Positions 14,062 through 28,571 are shown, counted from the stretch's first letter. The stretch: DNA of 64,000 nt from Paraspadella gotoi (GCA_051294375.1 CM119264.1:16341245-16405244); one strand, 5' to 3'. Numbers and translations: made by a program. The notes: generated by a model not told the origin, from the sequence alone.

Positions 14062-15434
14062 TGAGAGAGAGAGAATGAGCGCCATTTGGTTGTAAGTCAG
14101 CGCTTCTTTCTCGTTTTGCAGAGTGAATATTTTTTTTGCAAAAAAAACTTGGCAAAATGATGTTTTCACTGTTTCTCCTTCGCATGAAAATGAAGGATTA
14201 TGAAGAGAGACTGAGAGAGAGAGAGAGAAGTTTGAATTTTTTTTTTCAGTTAACAAGTTTTGCCTTTTATGAGGAAAATCGGCAGAAGGGGACATTCACG
14301 TCGCCATTAACCGAGGGAAAATTGCCAGACACTAAAAACGTGACTGAATTACTCGTCATGAGCGAGAATTGCTTACCCGGCGCTTGGGGCAAAAGAGGAA
14401 AAAGGGAAAGACCGTCTAAGGCTAAAAACGACATTAACGTCGCTAACGCAAATACCGAGTTTTCCGCGTATTTCACTGGGTTTCTTTTTTTTTCCCCAAT
14501 AAAAGAGTAAAGAGAGAAAAGAGAGAGAGAGAGAAAAAACACTTTCTCCTGTATTCCATTTTGTAAAATTGTCGCCTCGGGTAGGAAAGAGGAAGAGGAA
14601 GAGGATGAGCGTCGATTCCGTTAATTCAAGCTTCTAGGATTTTTTTTTCATCTTTTGTTCACACGTGTATGTGTGCTTGTTCGAGTCTGTGTCCTTTAGT
14701 CGATCACCTCGTCTGGAATTGAATCCAGATTAAAACGATCAACGACTCAGAAAAACCAATTATCGCTTGCTCATTCGTTGGCGTGTGCAACTGTGCATTG
14801 GCGTTGAAGATGGTGCACACTCTAGAAATCTGAGCGTCCGACTTCATTGTTTAATTCATTGGTGGTTCCTTTCCTTCGGCGGTTTCATAAACACTTTTTA
14901 GTCTCATTATGCCGACTCTGATTTACTGAAAATCGCGCAAATTACCCAATATTACCCAAAATTGCCTCAATTTGAATCTAATTTAGATTTCTAAAAACTT
15001 TTTTCACTCTCCTTCAAATTCTAGCTGTTTCATTTCGGTTTAAACTCTTTTTTCTTATTACGCCGCCTTTTTCATAAGTATTATTACTTCGGCGCTCTCT
15101 TCTCTTCTATCTCGTCCTCTCTCTTCTCTCTCTGCATCTCGACTCTCGTTCGTCTCGTCCGGTTCCTCTCTCGTCTCTCTCTTCTCTCTCTCTCTGGGCG
15201 CCCCTCTATTTCAACTTTTTCCCGCACGCGAAATTCATTTCTCCCGCCCGACGAAGGATGGAATGCAAATTAAGTCGCGTTCCTCTAGCGTCGCCCGAAC
15301 AAAATGACAACCGAAAGGGAAAAAACGGCAATTAGACAAAAGAACGCTTCATGCGAAGATTGCCATTTTTTATAGAGAGAGAAGAGAGGGAGAAGAGAGA
15401 GAGAGAGAGTGAGAGAGAGAGAGAGAGGAGAGAG

Positions 15435-15471
<37 letters not shown>

Positions 15472-15764
15472 TAGTGCGAGAGGTGCGAGAGCGTCTCGAA
15501 TTTTTTCTCCGCAAGGGGGAAGCACGCAAGATGGGCAAATTTGAATAGGTTCTCGCCGCAAGGAATTTTTGAAAAGGGGCGACATTTTGGGAGTTTTTCA
15601 TCGTCGTTGTAGCGAGGGGCGTTTTAGTGGGAGGTTTTAAAACGAGGAAACAATGAGGGACCACAAAGGGAGACCACGACAAAGAGGATATTAATTTTTG
15701 GTTCAGCGGACGTCGTGGGGGGGGGGGGGGCTGGGAGTTTTTCGATTTGTTTGGCTCAACGCTG

Positions 15765-18700
15765 CAGCACGGTTCTTTTTACATCGATTTAATCGGCATG
15801 GAGTGCACAAGAATGAGATGTCCCGGGATACGTTTCCGGACTTTGGGCTACACAAAAAAGGGTAATCAAATTTTTCCTATGACAGTTTTTTTAGTAAATT
15901 ATATTAAAATTAGCTATATAAAATCAATAAAGTAGAATAAAAAAAAATAAAAAATGGTTAAAATCTTTTTAAAAATGAAAATATGCATGCATCATCATAA
16001 CTATGAACAATTTTCTTCTTTCGTTTGAGTCCATAACCATTATTCTATCTTTAATAGTTTTATTGTAATTAATTTTTTTTATTAAAATTATTATTTAATT
16101 TTTTTCAAATAATTTAAATTAAAAAAAATTATAACTATGCAAATGATTGAAGAAAAATTTTATATTATAGGGACTTACCTACCTAATATAGCCTTCAAAT
16201 ACATATATAGTAAGTTTATTATGAGATGTTTTGAACATAGAAAATAATAATTATAAAATTAAATATATGAAAAAATTTTAACTTTGAATTTTTTTTTAGC
16301 ATAATAAACATATTATTAATTAATTGTTCATGATGCTTTTAATAGCTACTGGTCAGTTGTATCATTCTCAATATAATAATTTTATAATTCTTTTATTTTT
16401 AATAACACTAGATGCTATATTTTACTTACTTTTGACAAAATCCAAAAATTACTGATATTAAAATTATGTATGAAGACAGCAAAACTTTTTTTAAAATCAC
16501 ATGTATTTAATTGTTTGAACTGATATAATATTATTGGACAAATTATTCAAAAAAGTTTTAATCATCCCACTTAGTCATTTTTAAGGTTGTCAAATGTATA
16601 AAATAATTGATATTCGGACTGCTTTGTAGGTTTTTAACTTAATTCAGTAGCTCTTTTAATATGACAGAAAAGCAGTATATTTAACAGTTTTTTTATTTGG
16701 AGTGGGCAATCAAAGTTCTAATACATATTACCGTCAGTATATTTGTTAAGTATAGTAGGTTCGCTCTATAGATTTTTTACATTTTTGAAAACATTTAACT
16801 TTTTTTCTATATTTGTTTTGACACGCCAAAACGTTCTTTTGATTACGCTAAAGAGAATGTAAAAATTAAAATAAATATACAAAGAGATTAAGTCTAGATA
16901 GATGAAAAAAAACTTGTTTAAAAATTTGATTGGGAAGTGGGGGTAAGCTAAGGCTTTTACCAACGTATCTCCATGCTGTTCGTTCCTCGTCAATTAATAT
17001 TTTTTTAAATTAAATACATTTGAAAAGGCGGAAAAAAAGAAAATTCAGAATCAGGTGGCATAAAGGGTAGGAAAATCTGTACATATGAAACATGGATAAA
17101 TAATGACCTTTTATGTCTTGCGTAATGGGGCAGTAAAAGAACCCTTAAAAAAATGCAATCATTAAGTCAGTCAACTGAACCCTTTATTGCGAATTTTTTT
17201 TTTCTTAATTTAAAATGGATGATAAATATAGAATTAAATTCTTTATAAAGGTGTTATATTTAAAAGAAGAATTAGGCAAGTACAATTCAACACAATGATG
17301 TCTTGCTCTCTGTAAAAATGTCAGCAGTTCAGCTATTTTTTAAAAATTTTATTACGATAACAGAGCAGTATAATAAGCTATTTGCTTTGCAGTTGAAGAT
17401 AATGAAAAATGATTATTTTTTTTTTCAAACAGACAAGAAAGGTAGACGTCCAGACCGTTTATATCAAGCTGAAAAAATTTTATTATTTATCATTTTTTCA
17501 TATTTTAAAAAAAACATTTTAATCAGCATACTACAAATTTTTTACTTGTTTTTAATTTTAACTAAAAATAACATAGCAAAATTTAATAAAGTTGAGAAAT
17601 TTAAATGATAATTAAACAATGTAAATTCAGACTTTCCTCTTTCAATGTTACAAAAGAAAAAAAAAAATTCATAAATGCCTTCATCTGAATTTGTTAATGC
17701 AAAAAACTGTATACTTTTCACCTCGTATTTAAATAAACTGTGTAAAGATGTTATGGATAAAAATTTTAATAAAACTGTCTCTACGAAATGTGTCCATGAA
17801 TTAGGGCTTAATTTTATACCACACCACCTTGCTCACTATCTTATTTTTCAAAAGATATTCAACGACAATAACTTTTTTTATCTATTCTTTTTTTGCATCT
17901 TGACAGTTTTTTAAACAACCTTAAACTTTTGGCCTTAAAAATGTCGAGTTGGGATTGTTTAAAACTTTTTAAATTTTGTCAAGGGATAATATAATATCAC
18001 TCCAAAAAATTAAATAGCATCTGATTTAAACCAAAAGTTTTCGTCTGTTTCATACATAATTTTTATAATATTCAGTATTTTTGGAATTTTGTCAAAGTAA
18101 GTATATATAAGCAGTCAGTATTACTAAAAATAAAAGAAGTGATCAATTATTATAATTGAAAAGGATACAACTGACAGTGCTATTAAAAGCATCAAATGAA
18201 CAAATAATTAAAAAATTATGTTTATTATGCTAAAAAAAATTCAAATTATCAATTTTCCATATATTTAATGATTTAAATTATTTATTTCCTATATCAAAAC
18301 ATATCATAATAAACTTACTATATATGTATTTGAAAGCCTATTTAGGTAGGTAAGTCATTATAATATAAAATTTTTCTTCTATCATTTGGCATAGTTATAA
18401 TTTTTTTTAATTTAAATTACCTGAAAAAAATTAAAATAATATTTTAATAAAGAAAAATTAATTACAAATAAAACTATAAAGATAAGATAATGGTTACTGG
18501 ACTCAAACGAAAGAAAATTGGTTCATAGATTATGGATATGCATGATCATTTTCATTTTTAAAAAATTTAAACCATTTTTAATTTTTTTTTTAATTCTACT
18601 TTATATTGATTTTATTAGCTAATTTTTAATTATTAATTATAAAAAACTGTCCATTAGGAAAATTTGTTTACCCTTTTTTTGTGTTAGCCCAAGGTCCGGA

Positions 18701-18774
18701 AACGTATCCCGGCGGGACATCTCATTTCTTGTGCCTCCATGCCGATTAAATCGATGTAAAAAGGAACCGTGCTG
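15765..18774. mobile_element. AT-rich 3-kb element with imperfect terminal inverted repeats of about 0.8 kb (non-autonomous foldback-type DNA transposon candidate)
   Basis: Starts CAGCACGGTTC and ends GAACCGTGCTG. The inverted match can be followed from about 15765-16590 to 17930-18774. Flanks are unrelated; no transposase ORF and no clear TSD. Confidence 0.6.
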
Positions 18775-19591
18775 GTTTTCAACGGAACAACTTTAGTCTT
18801 GCTCATGAATGGATATTAGATAAAGTTTAAAAAATTGAAAAATTATTTTTATACAGCTGTTATAAATAATTAGCTACTTCAAACTATTTTCTCATTTCTC
18901 ATTCGTTCTCAATCTGGAAATATTGCACGGGAAACGCCACGCCCCCTTCGTTTGGCTTGACACCCGGATGTAGAGAGGGTCCCGGATTTAGCAACCTCTC
19001 CCTACCTGCCACGTTTTAAAATTTTTTTTTTCATTTCAGGCCATTCTTCAATTCTTTGAATTTTTTTTTCTCCCTCCGCTTTCCTCGCTCCCTGAAGAGA
19101 CGCCCGCTCGACCTCCTTCTCTCTCCGAAGCATCACCAGGCAGGGGCGCTCGAGCGTTCATTGATTTGTGGCGGCGTTGAAATTCCCAGAATAAATTATT
19201 CATCGAAATTCGAAAATAAGCCGCCCTCGGTGCTCCTCGACCCCGTCACTCCACTTCGCCCCTCTTGGCCCCAAATGGGACTTTGGCCCACCTCGGCCCT
19301 TCAAAGCCTTCAATCCTCCCCAGCCTCTCATGACCCTTCGGTCCCCTTCAGTTCTTCACGGCCCTTTGGTCCCTTCGACCCCCAACCCCTAGGAATTTCA
19401 AATCTTCAAAATCCTCTTTCAGGTTTTTTCCTTTTCCCCCAGATCCCCTGGAGCTCCCACTTACACGACAAATTTCTCCCCGCAAGCCCTCGAAAGCAAT
19501 CAACGCACAACAATCATTAGAGAGACAAAGAGTTAGCTTTCCAAATTCCGCCTGGAACAAAAGAAAACTCTCTGCTATTTGAAAACTTTCG

Positions 19592-19654
<63 letters not shown>

Positions 19655-19748
19655 AACTATCAAATGAAGGCGAAACGGGAAATCAGAAATGTATTTCAAA
19701 ATGTCTTTCCTCCACATTCACGTTCGCATTATCTCCCCAAACCGCTCC

Positions 19749-20069
19749 TCAGAGGATGAACCACTCCCGGATCATCTCGTCCACTACCGCCTGCAACTCC
19801 GCGCGAATTCTCGTCTTCTCATCGTCGAGATTCCATTCCACCGGCGCCGGAGCCTCTTCCTCTGCCTGATTGACGTTAGCGACGTCGCCAGCGCTTCCGG
19901 CGTTAGCGGCGTCGAATTTCATATCGAAGTCGAAATCGAAGTCAAAGCCCTCGATGCCGCGGCGGTTTCTGCTCTTTCCGACGCCCAGATTGGTGTTGAA
20001 GCCCTCTTCCGGCTCAGGTTCCGGTGGAATAGGTTTTGGTTGGCCGATCAGCTCTGCGAAGTACTTCAC
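19749..20069 (-). CDS. PGM2: PGM2-like exon 13 (VKYFAELIG + acidic insertion + RAELQAVVDEMIREWF)
   Basis: caacag acceptor; matches IKYYAEL...KELNELVSAIEEHFF. The true stop may be about 20 nt further on if one base is missing (WFHPLRSGLGR*). Confidence 0.87.
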   Translation of the reverse strand: MKYFAELIGQPKPIPPEPEPEEGFNTNLGVGKSRNRRGIEGFDFDFDFDMKFDAANAGSAGDVANVNQAEEEAPAPVEWNLDDEKTRIRAELQAVVDEMIREWFIL

Positions 20070-23000
20070 CTGTTGAAAAGAGTTTTTTGATCAATTTTGT
20101 GAGCATTTTATATTTAACAAAAAACTGAAAAAAATTGAATAACCAAAAAAAAAAAAAAAAAAAAACCAAAGTAATTTAAAAAAAATAAACGTAACTTAAC
20201 TAGAACAAAATAGTTTGCACTAAAATTCATTAAAATTAAACATAACTATACGATTAAGAATAACTACAACCCGGCTTCTTTTAACGTCCGCGCGGCCGAC
20301 CCAACCAAATCCCATTACCTTCGACTCGCCACAAGCGGCTCGAAAGGTGGCGCTGACTCTGTTAGTGAAGGTAAAGGTGATCGTCTCGACGGACTTGTCG
20401 ACCGGAAGGATGGCGGAGTTGTTGGGTTGGGAGTTGTCGTAGCCTTGGGGGGGTCGAGGGTAAGGAGAGTAAGGATTAGGCGCATGATGTAGCTGGGTGG
20501 AAATCGATCTCAGGTTCATAAGGGGATTGACTTACCCGTGGTTAGATCCCGGATGTTCTTGATCTGGTAAGGGCCGCAGGCGTCGGGATACTCGCCGTCG
20601 ACGCCCATCGTCCGGATGCGTCGAAACATCTCGTGGATCTTGTCTTCGTCGTAGCAGAGGAAGTAGGAGGCCAAAGAGTTGTGATACCCGTAGAGGGTCC
20701 ACACCTGGGACGGGAGAAGGAAAATTCTGGAAATCTTTTTTTTCATTTGTTTCTAAATTTAACCCCAAAACCATCCAGTGGCTGCGCCAATACATAGAAA
20801 TCACTTTCAAGGGTTTAAACTGAACTGTTACTGCGGCACTCATAGTAGAGAAAGTACGAGACAAATCCTCCTAGTAGGAAGAAAAAGTTATATAAACGGA
20901 AAAAAAAGGAAAAAAAATTGAAAAAAAAAATTGTACAATTTCAGGGGTTAAGTGAATCGCTAAAGTTTACAATCACTAAAGTGATTTACAATCAATCCAA
21001 TCGATTTAAATTCGGCCAAACAGAATTCGTCCACCCTTTCTCACTTCCCACCGTTCCGATTAACCCCTCACCCCCACCACGTGGCACCTGATTTAACACC
21101 CCCCTCAATGTCCAATCTCCTTTCTCCTTCGGCGGCGCCTCTTCATCTTCCGGTGGAGGTGGCGGCGCTCCTTCCTCCTCATACGCCCTCAACCTCGCTA
21201 ATTCCTCCTCCTCCTCCCTCTTTTTCTCCGACTCCAAGTACGCCAATATCTCCCCCAACAACGCCATCGCCGCCATCCCGTCCTTGTCGAGCCCGCCTTT
21301 TTTCGTGGCGGTCAGGAAGCCCAGAGACTCTTCAAAGGCGAAGAGGACCTTGAAAAGATTGGCAGGGAGTGTTCGATCGTCAGGGTGGATGGAATGAACG
21401 AAGATCGTTTGGCGGGAATGGTGAGGACATCGGGCGGGTGACTGTTTTTCAGGAAAAAAAAAAGGTGATAGCTTTCCTTCGCCATCGACATTTGCCCATT
21501 CGAGTGAAAGGCGAGACCTGGGAAAGTGAGAAGAAAAAAAAGGGGGAAAAAGTGAAAGTGAGAACGCGTTGGGGAAATGAATAGTGGAGGAAAAAAAAAT
21601 TTTAACCGAGGGATTCGTCGATTCCGACAAAATGAAAAGCGAAGATGGATAAACTTCCGATTCGCGGCCAAAAAAAATCAACTTTAGGTCAAAACCTTTT
21701 CAGGTAAAACCCAGAATCGGTTTTCAATACGCGGGGCCAAACGAGGGGCGAAGATGAAGCGCTGGGGCGACGGGCACGTCGTCCAGTCTCCAACTCAGTT
21801 TTTTTTCGACGCCTTCGAATCTGAGATGAAACTAAAAAGGAGTTGGTCTCTCGATTAAGGAAATCCTGATCTTTGGCCGGACGGGAAGTGAGAGAATACG
21901 GGGGGGTGGGTGGTGAGGGGAAAGGGGAAAGGAGAAACGAGGAAATTGGGGAAAAGAAAAAGAGAAACGAGAAAAGAAGCGAGGAAAGAAAAGAAAACAG
22001 AGGGATTAAAAAGGAAAAATGAAAAAGAGGGAGGAGAGAGAGGATAGAGAAAAAAATGAAAAAGTTATAAAGAGAATAAAGGATATGCTATAATAAAACA
22101 ACTAAAGAATAGAGCAAAGTTGGAAAAAGAGAGTGAGGGAAAGAAAAGAAGCAAGAGAATGCAAAATTTACCCAGATAGAAGAAAATCTATAGGAGAAAG
22201 AATTGATAATGCTTAAAAGAGAGCCGTATAGCGAAAAAAAAACCTATTCTCTGTCAGGAAAAACAGTTGCTTCCGATTTAGCGTTTGGCCAAGTCTATTT
22301 GCAGACCCGATTGGCGTTTGCAAGGACGTCAATGTTGTTTCTTAAGATGCGTTTCCCATTCCTTGTTTCGGAGAAGAATTGATTTTTTAAAATTTGTTTC
22401 CCTCTTCTCCTATTGGTCGTCGACATCGTTAAAGGTCGACTTTCTCGTCTTCTCACCTTGTATTCATTCTCCATGAGGTGCGCCACTCGGTTGCCGATCC
22501 ACTTGAATCCGCCCACGACCTCTTCGAAGAGAAATCCCTCGATTCGGGCCATAGTCTCGAGGATCTTGGACGAGACAGAAGACGAGAGCATGTAGCACTT
22601 GCCCAACTCTTTCACGCCCGCCTCCGTCAACTTTTGCTTGCGGAGGATCCACCAGCTCAAAATGGCCGCCAACTCATTGCCTGAAAAAAAAAAAAAAAAA
22701 ATTGCAAAATATTTCTAGAGTGAACGTAAGCGGTTTAAATCGAATTCACGCAAACCGCCGAAATTAAATTTATTCAAATTTGCATATTGCAGCATGATTT
22801 CCTCCAATAGGATCGGGTCACATAGCGTCATAATCTTTGAGACATCGCGATCTGTCAAATTCAGTTAAAAAACTAAAATATCCAATGCTATCAATTGCTT
22901 CTTGCAAATTTAGAGAATCTCTCTCGCTCGTAACAATTTTTTTTTGTTATCTATGATCCGGAACGATTTCCAAAAGTTTCAAAATCTCTAAAGACATAAA

Positions 23001-24060
23001 ATGAATTCAAATCATGACAGAGGTAGGCAGAGAAACCGCGCGGCCAAGTAATAGATGTGCAGCCTTATTGCGTACATACCCCCTCCCCCCTCTCCAGCTG
23101 CGTCCAATGGGTTCGTTGGATTGTTCTCACACCACTTTTTGATACTTTTTAGTAAGAAACCAAAACGAAATGTTATCCGTAAACATCGTAGGAGACACAT
23201 ATTTTACAATTTTTCACGTACGTAAACTATGTAGGTTGTTTTCCGGCGAAAACACAGAATTCCCCTATCCCCTTTGTTTTTCTTCCGTTTTTCCTCTCGG
23301 CGCCGGAATCTCTTCCGCCGCTCTAATCCGCTTCCCGCCTTCCGCTTCTAATCCGCTTCCGAAACCAAGGGGCAATCTATTTCTCGTTTATCAAGGGAGG
23401 CGGCGTTTCGTCGACGGCGGAGAAAAAGTTTTTTTTTTCTCTCTCTCTCTCCCTCTCTATCGTTTCCTTTAAAATGTCTTCGTCTCTCGAAACCTTTCCA
23501 GTTTCAAACTCGTTAGGAATCTATTTCCCCATCCTAGATTCGATTTTTGGTCTCTGCTCGACGCAACTCCATGAACAACTTTTTGGTCGGTCGTTCGTTC
23601 CTTTGTTTTTTTAATATCAATTATCAATTGAAATAAAATAAATTTAAGTCAAATATGATTTTTTTTACGATTAATAAAAAGTTGTCATCAGATTATACCA
23701 ACTTCATTGCCTTTATACCTTATGCCCAAAATCATTACTATGACCGGTGTTAAGTCGCCTCAAATACTTACGTTTTACAATTTTAAATCTAAAATTTTCA
23801 TGAATTGAAAATTGTTTGGATAGAATTAACAAAACTTTTTTTCAAAAGTGAAATGAAAATAAAACCAAAATTTACTTCACCTTTAACCCCTTAAAACTTC
23901 TTCAAAATATTTTTTTCTATAAACACAGACACGAAAAAAATATTGGTAGTTTTTAAAAATCTTCGCCGGTTTGGAATGAATTGCGAAACGCCTTGATCCG
24001 CTCGACGCCTTCTCGTTAAATGAAGCGTCTCTCNNNNNNNNNNNNNNNNNNNNNNNNNTT

Positions 24061-24154
<94 letters not shown>

Positions 24155-25777
24155 ACGTAGTTCATAAGTTTCTTTTTTCGCTTTAATTAATTGAGGCAAC
24201 CCCCTAATCATTTCCCATCCACATAGACTCACCGAGATCTTTCTTTTCGGCTTAAAATTATCTTCTTCTATAAAACTTTCTCCCGCTTCTATCTTCTGTT
24301 GAGTGAACTCTCCCTCCTGCCCTCTTCTCTCTTTCCAACCCCTTGTCCAGCAAATAACACACCACCAGCTAAACCCCTCCTTTCTTTTCCTGCCAGTGAA
24401 CACTCTACCAAACTCCACCCCATTCCCTCTCGCTTTTCCGCCCTTTTCCTCGCGGAGATATCACCGGTGAATCATTGCACTCCCTTCGAAATCGCTACGC
24501 TCTCACTGAACGCTCCCTCCGGACTGCATCTACCATTTCGCCCTCAACCATGGCCAAAAGCAAAACCTCACCCGTAAAAAATCTTCCAATCCCCGCTCCG
24601 CTTCTCGGCGACGGCCATCGGTCGCCGTCGGCGTCGCTGGCGGCGACGACTTCGACGTCATTTTCGTCGGCCGTCGTCAACGCCGCCTCGAGGATCTCGC
24701 GTCCCTCGCAAGGATTCGGCGACCGGACGGAGGGGAACTCGGGGTGAACCTCGAACTGGCTGAAGGCGTACATGAAACTATTGGGGTGTGAAAGAGGAAG
24801 AGAGGAGGAACGTCTCAATCCGTGATCCCACCAACGACAATGGAACCCACCCTCCATTAACTCACCTTCGGCAGCTTCATAACTTTGAAGAGCTCCTTGG
24901 AGAATTTGTGGACGACCCCGTGCAAGAGAGTGTGAACGAATCGTTGTCGAGCGGCGACGTTGATTTCCGGCGGGTTCACGCCGATTTCCGCTTTGATGTC
25001 GACGAAGTAGGAAGACCAAACTACGGCGAAAGGATCTTCGCGCCATCTTAAGAAGTGAAGGGCAGAGGGCAGAGGCAAAGTTAGGGAGAGGAGACAAAGC
25101 GGAAAGGAAAGTGATTTAAAAAAAAAATGGTTTAACGTAATTTCATACAATATAAACAAAGCGATACTTGTAAACTATGTTGGCCAATGTCCCGGGATTC
25201 GCATCTTTGTCTCCTTGGTCGTTCGCGATTTCCAAATCCAAGAGCGACGCCAGGGATCCAAGTTGTTGACTGTTCAGCAAATAATCACTTTTAAATAATT
25301 TTCTCCTCAATAAACTTGACATTTAACGAACCCCTCTCTGACCCAACCATCCCCATTTAGCAATCCGGCTTAACCCTCCCCCGTTCTCTCACGCGCGGTC
25401 TTCCTGGATCCCCAGATTGTTGGGGATCTCCAATCTGACTCCCATTCGCCCAGTTAGATTCTGTATCCGTTTCATGCTTTCGGGTTTCGGGAGGCGCCGA
25501 TCATAACTCCGGCCGCAGGATCCAAATTTCCTCACCGAGTAGGAACCATGGGACGGGGACGGGCTAGTGGGCGCGAGAATGGTCATTTAATTGCTCAGTT
25601 GTTTGATTAACTTTTTTGATTGCCCCTTTGTTTGAGCCAGTTTATTTCCTGTCTTACTTCGGAGAAGAGGCGCACGCGAATACGAGCGTGGAGGAAGACG
25701 GCGGCGACGCGGTGAGCGAAACGTTGTGAGTTGTGTCGCCCGTCGTAGCCTGGAGTGAGAGAGAAGAGGAGAGAGAG

Positions 25778-25811
<34 letters not shown>

Positions 25812-25911
25812 AGTAGATTTAATGAATGAATGAATGAATCTACGGATACGGCCCTGGGCACGCTTTCTGAGGCCTATATGACCTTTTTTAGTAAAAAGCT
25901 TTGTTACTAAA

Positions 25912-25962
<51 letters not shown>

Positions 25963-28363
25963 GAGAGAGAGAGAGAAGAGAGAGAGACCTCTATACCATA
26001 TTAAATCTTCACTCACCGACGACTATTCCTCTGTCCTGCAGATCGTCCTGAAACATAACTCTGAGTAGCGGAGGAGGCCTTGCGAAGTCTGCACGACCGT
26101 CAAGTCGTTCATAAAGCTGAAACCGGCGCCCATGGCGCGCGGATTCCTCCAGGGCCGAACTTGACGCGAGTCGCCAAGCGTGCCGTCAGGGCTGGTCGAT
26201 AGATGAGGGGGGTAACCATGATCTTCACTATGTCTCTCCAAATCTTTGGTTTTTATTTTCAATTTTTACCTGGAACGTTTCCCTCGTCTGCTAATCGAAC
26301 AATTTGTTTTCGAGTGATATTTGCACTCATCCCATCTGGAAGAGGCATCCAATAAATTAATAAAACCAGTAAATGATAACCCACGCGGATTCGTATGCCC
26401 CACAAGACCGCGTCCGCCATCAAAAACTTGTTTGCGCAATCATCGCCTCTCCCCTTAAAAAACTCCTTTTGCCCCATCCTAGTTCTTTTCCTATACGAGA
26501 GCCAATTCCTTCCCTGCAAAAGGCTTCCCTTCTGAGTGTCTCCCCGCGAAAGCGTCCCTCGCCCTCACCTCAACCAATCGTCGACGAGCTCATCGATTTT
26601 CTCGTCGCCAGTTGGTTTCGCCAGAGGCCGACAGGGGCGCGGCTCGTTCTTGGCCTTCAAAACAGGCGCATCCTGCGGCGCCACCCACAGGGAGTCGCAA
26701 GGATCCGGGCGACCAGGAATCGCCATTCGTCGCAACCGTGGTTTTTCCTTGTGGACCTGCTTGTGGGCGTTGCGTCGGTCGTCGTGGTCGCAGTCGCATG
26801 CCTCTTCTCTTATTATCTTCTTCTATAAAACTTTCTCCCGCTTCTATCTTCTGTTGAGTGAACTCTCCCTCCTGCCCTCTTCTCTCTTTCCAACCCCTTG
26901 TCCAGCAAATAACACACCACCAGCTAAACCCCTCCTTTCTTTTTCTGCCAGTGAACACTCTACCAAACTCCACCCCATTCCCTCTCGCTTTTCCGCCCTT
27001 TTCCTCGGCGGAGAAATCACCGGTGAATCATGCACTCCCTTCGAAATCGCTACGCTCTCACGTGAACGCTTCCTCCAGACTGCATCTACCATTTCGCCCT
27101 CAACCATGGCCAAAAGCAAAACCTCACCCGTAAAAATCTTCCAATCCCCGCTCCGCTTCTCGGCGACGGCCATTCGGTCGCCGTCGGCGTCGCTGGCGGC
27201 GACGACTTCGACGTCATTTTCGTCGGCCGTCGTCAACGCCGCCTCGAGGATCTCGCGTCCCTCGCAAGGATTCGGCGACCGGACGGAGGGGAACTCGGGG
27301 TGAACCTCGAACTGGCTGAAGGCGTACATGAACTATTGGGGGTGAAAGAGGAAGAGAGGAACGTCTCAATCCGTGATCCACCAACGACAATGGAACCCAC
27401 CCCTCTTTAACTCACCTTCGGCAGCTTCATAACTTTGAAGAGCTCCTTGGAGAATTTGTGGACGACCCCGTGCAAGGATGTGTGAACGAATCGTTGTCGA
27501 GCGGCGACGTTGATTTCCGGCGGGTTCACGCCGATTTCCGCTTTGATGTCGACGAAGTAGGAAGACCAAACTACGGCGAAAGGATCTTCGCGCCATCTTA
27601 AGAAGTGAAGGGCAGAGGGCAGAGGCAAAGTTAGGGAGAGGAGACAAAGCGGAAAAGAAAGTGATTTAAAAAAAAAAAGGTTTTACGTAATTTCATACAA
27701 TATAAACAAAGCGATACTTGTAAANNNNNNNNNNNNNNNNNNNNNNNNNNNNNNNNNNNNNNNNNNNNNNNNNNNNNNNNNNNNNNNNNNNNNNNNNNNN
27801 NNNNNNNNNNNNNNNNNNNNNNNNNNNNNNNNNNNNNNNNNNNNNNNNNNNNNNCCAAGAGCGACGCCAGGGATCCAAGTTGTTGACTGTTCAGTAAATA
27901 ATCACTTTTAAATAATTTTCTCCTCAATTAACTTGACATTTAACGAACTCCTCTCCGACCCAACCATCCCCATTTAGCGATCCGGCTTAACCCTCCCCCC
28001 GTTCTCTCACGCGCGGCTTCCTGGATCCCCAGATTGTGGGGATCTCCAATCTGACTCCCATTCGCCCAGTAGATTCTGTATCCGTTTTCATGCTTCGGGT
28101 TTCGGGAGGCGCCGATCATAACTCCGGCGCAGGATCCAAATTTCCTCACCGAGTAGGGAACCCATGGGACGGGGACGGGCTAGTGGGTGCGAGATGGTCA
28201 TTAATTGCTCAGTTGTTTGACTAACTTCTTGGATTGCTCCTTTGTTTGAGCCAGTTTATTTCCTGACTTACTTCGGAGAAGAGGCGCACGCGAATACGAG
28301 CGTGGAGGAAGATGGCGGCGACGCGGTGAGCGAAACGTTGTGAGTTGTGTCGCCCGTCGTAGC

Positions 28364-28421
<58 letters not shown>

Positions 28422-28507
28422 TGAATGAATGAATGAATCTACGGATACGGCCCTGGGCACGCTTTCTGAGGCCTATATGACCTTTTAGTAAAAAGCTTTG
28501 TTACTAA

Positions 28508-28571
<64 letters not shown>

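Noticed and set aside
19728-19760. Truncated C-terminus (EWFIL*)
   Set aside because: A single added base gives WFHPLRSGLGR*, closer to the family ending, so this is likely a sequencing indel.
24572-26400. Frameshifts suggesting the PGM2-like gene is a pseudogene
   Set aside because: The indels are copy-specific and largely in short homopolymers. The 27.1-29.5 kb copy (apart from the N gap in exon 6) plus exons 9-13 gives an open frame.
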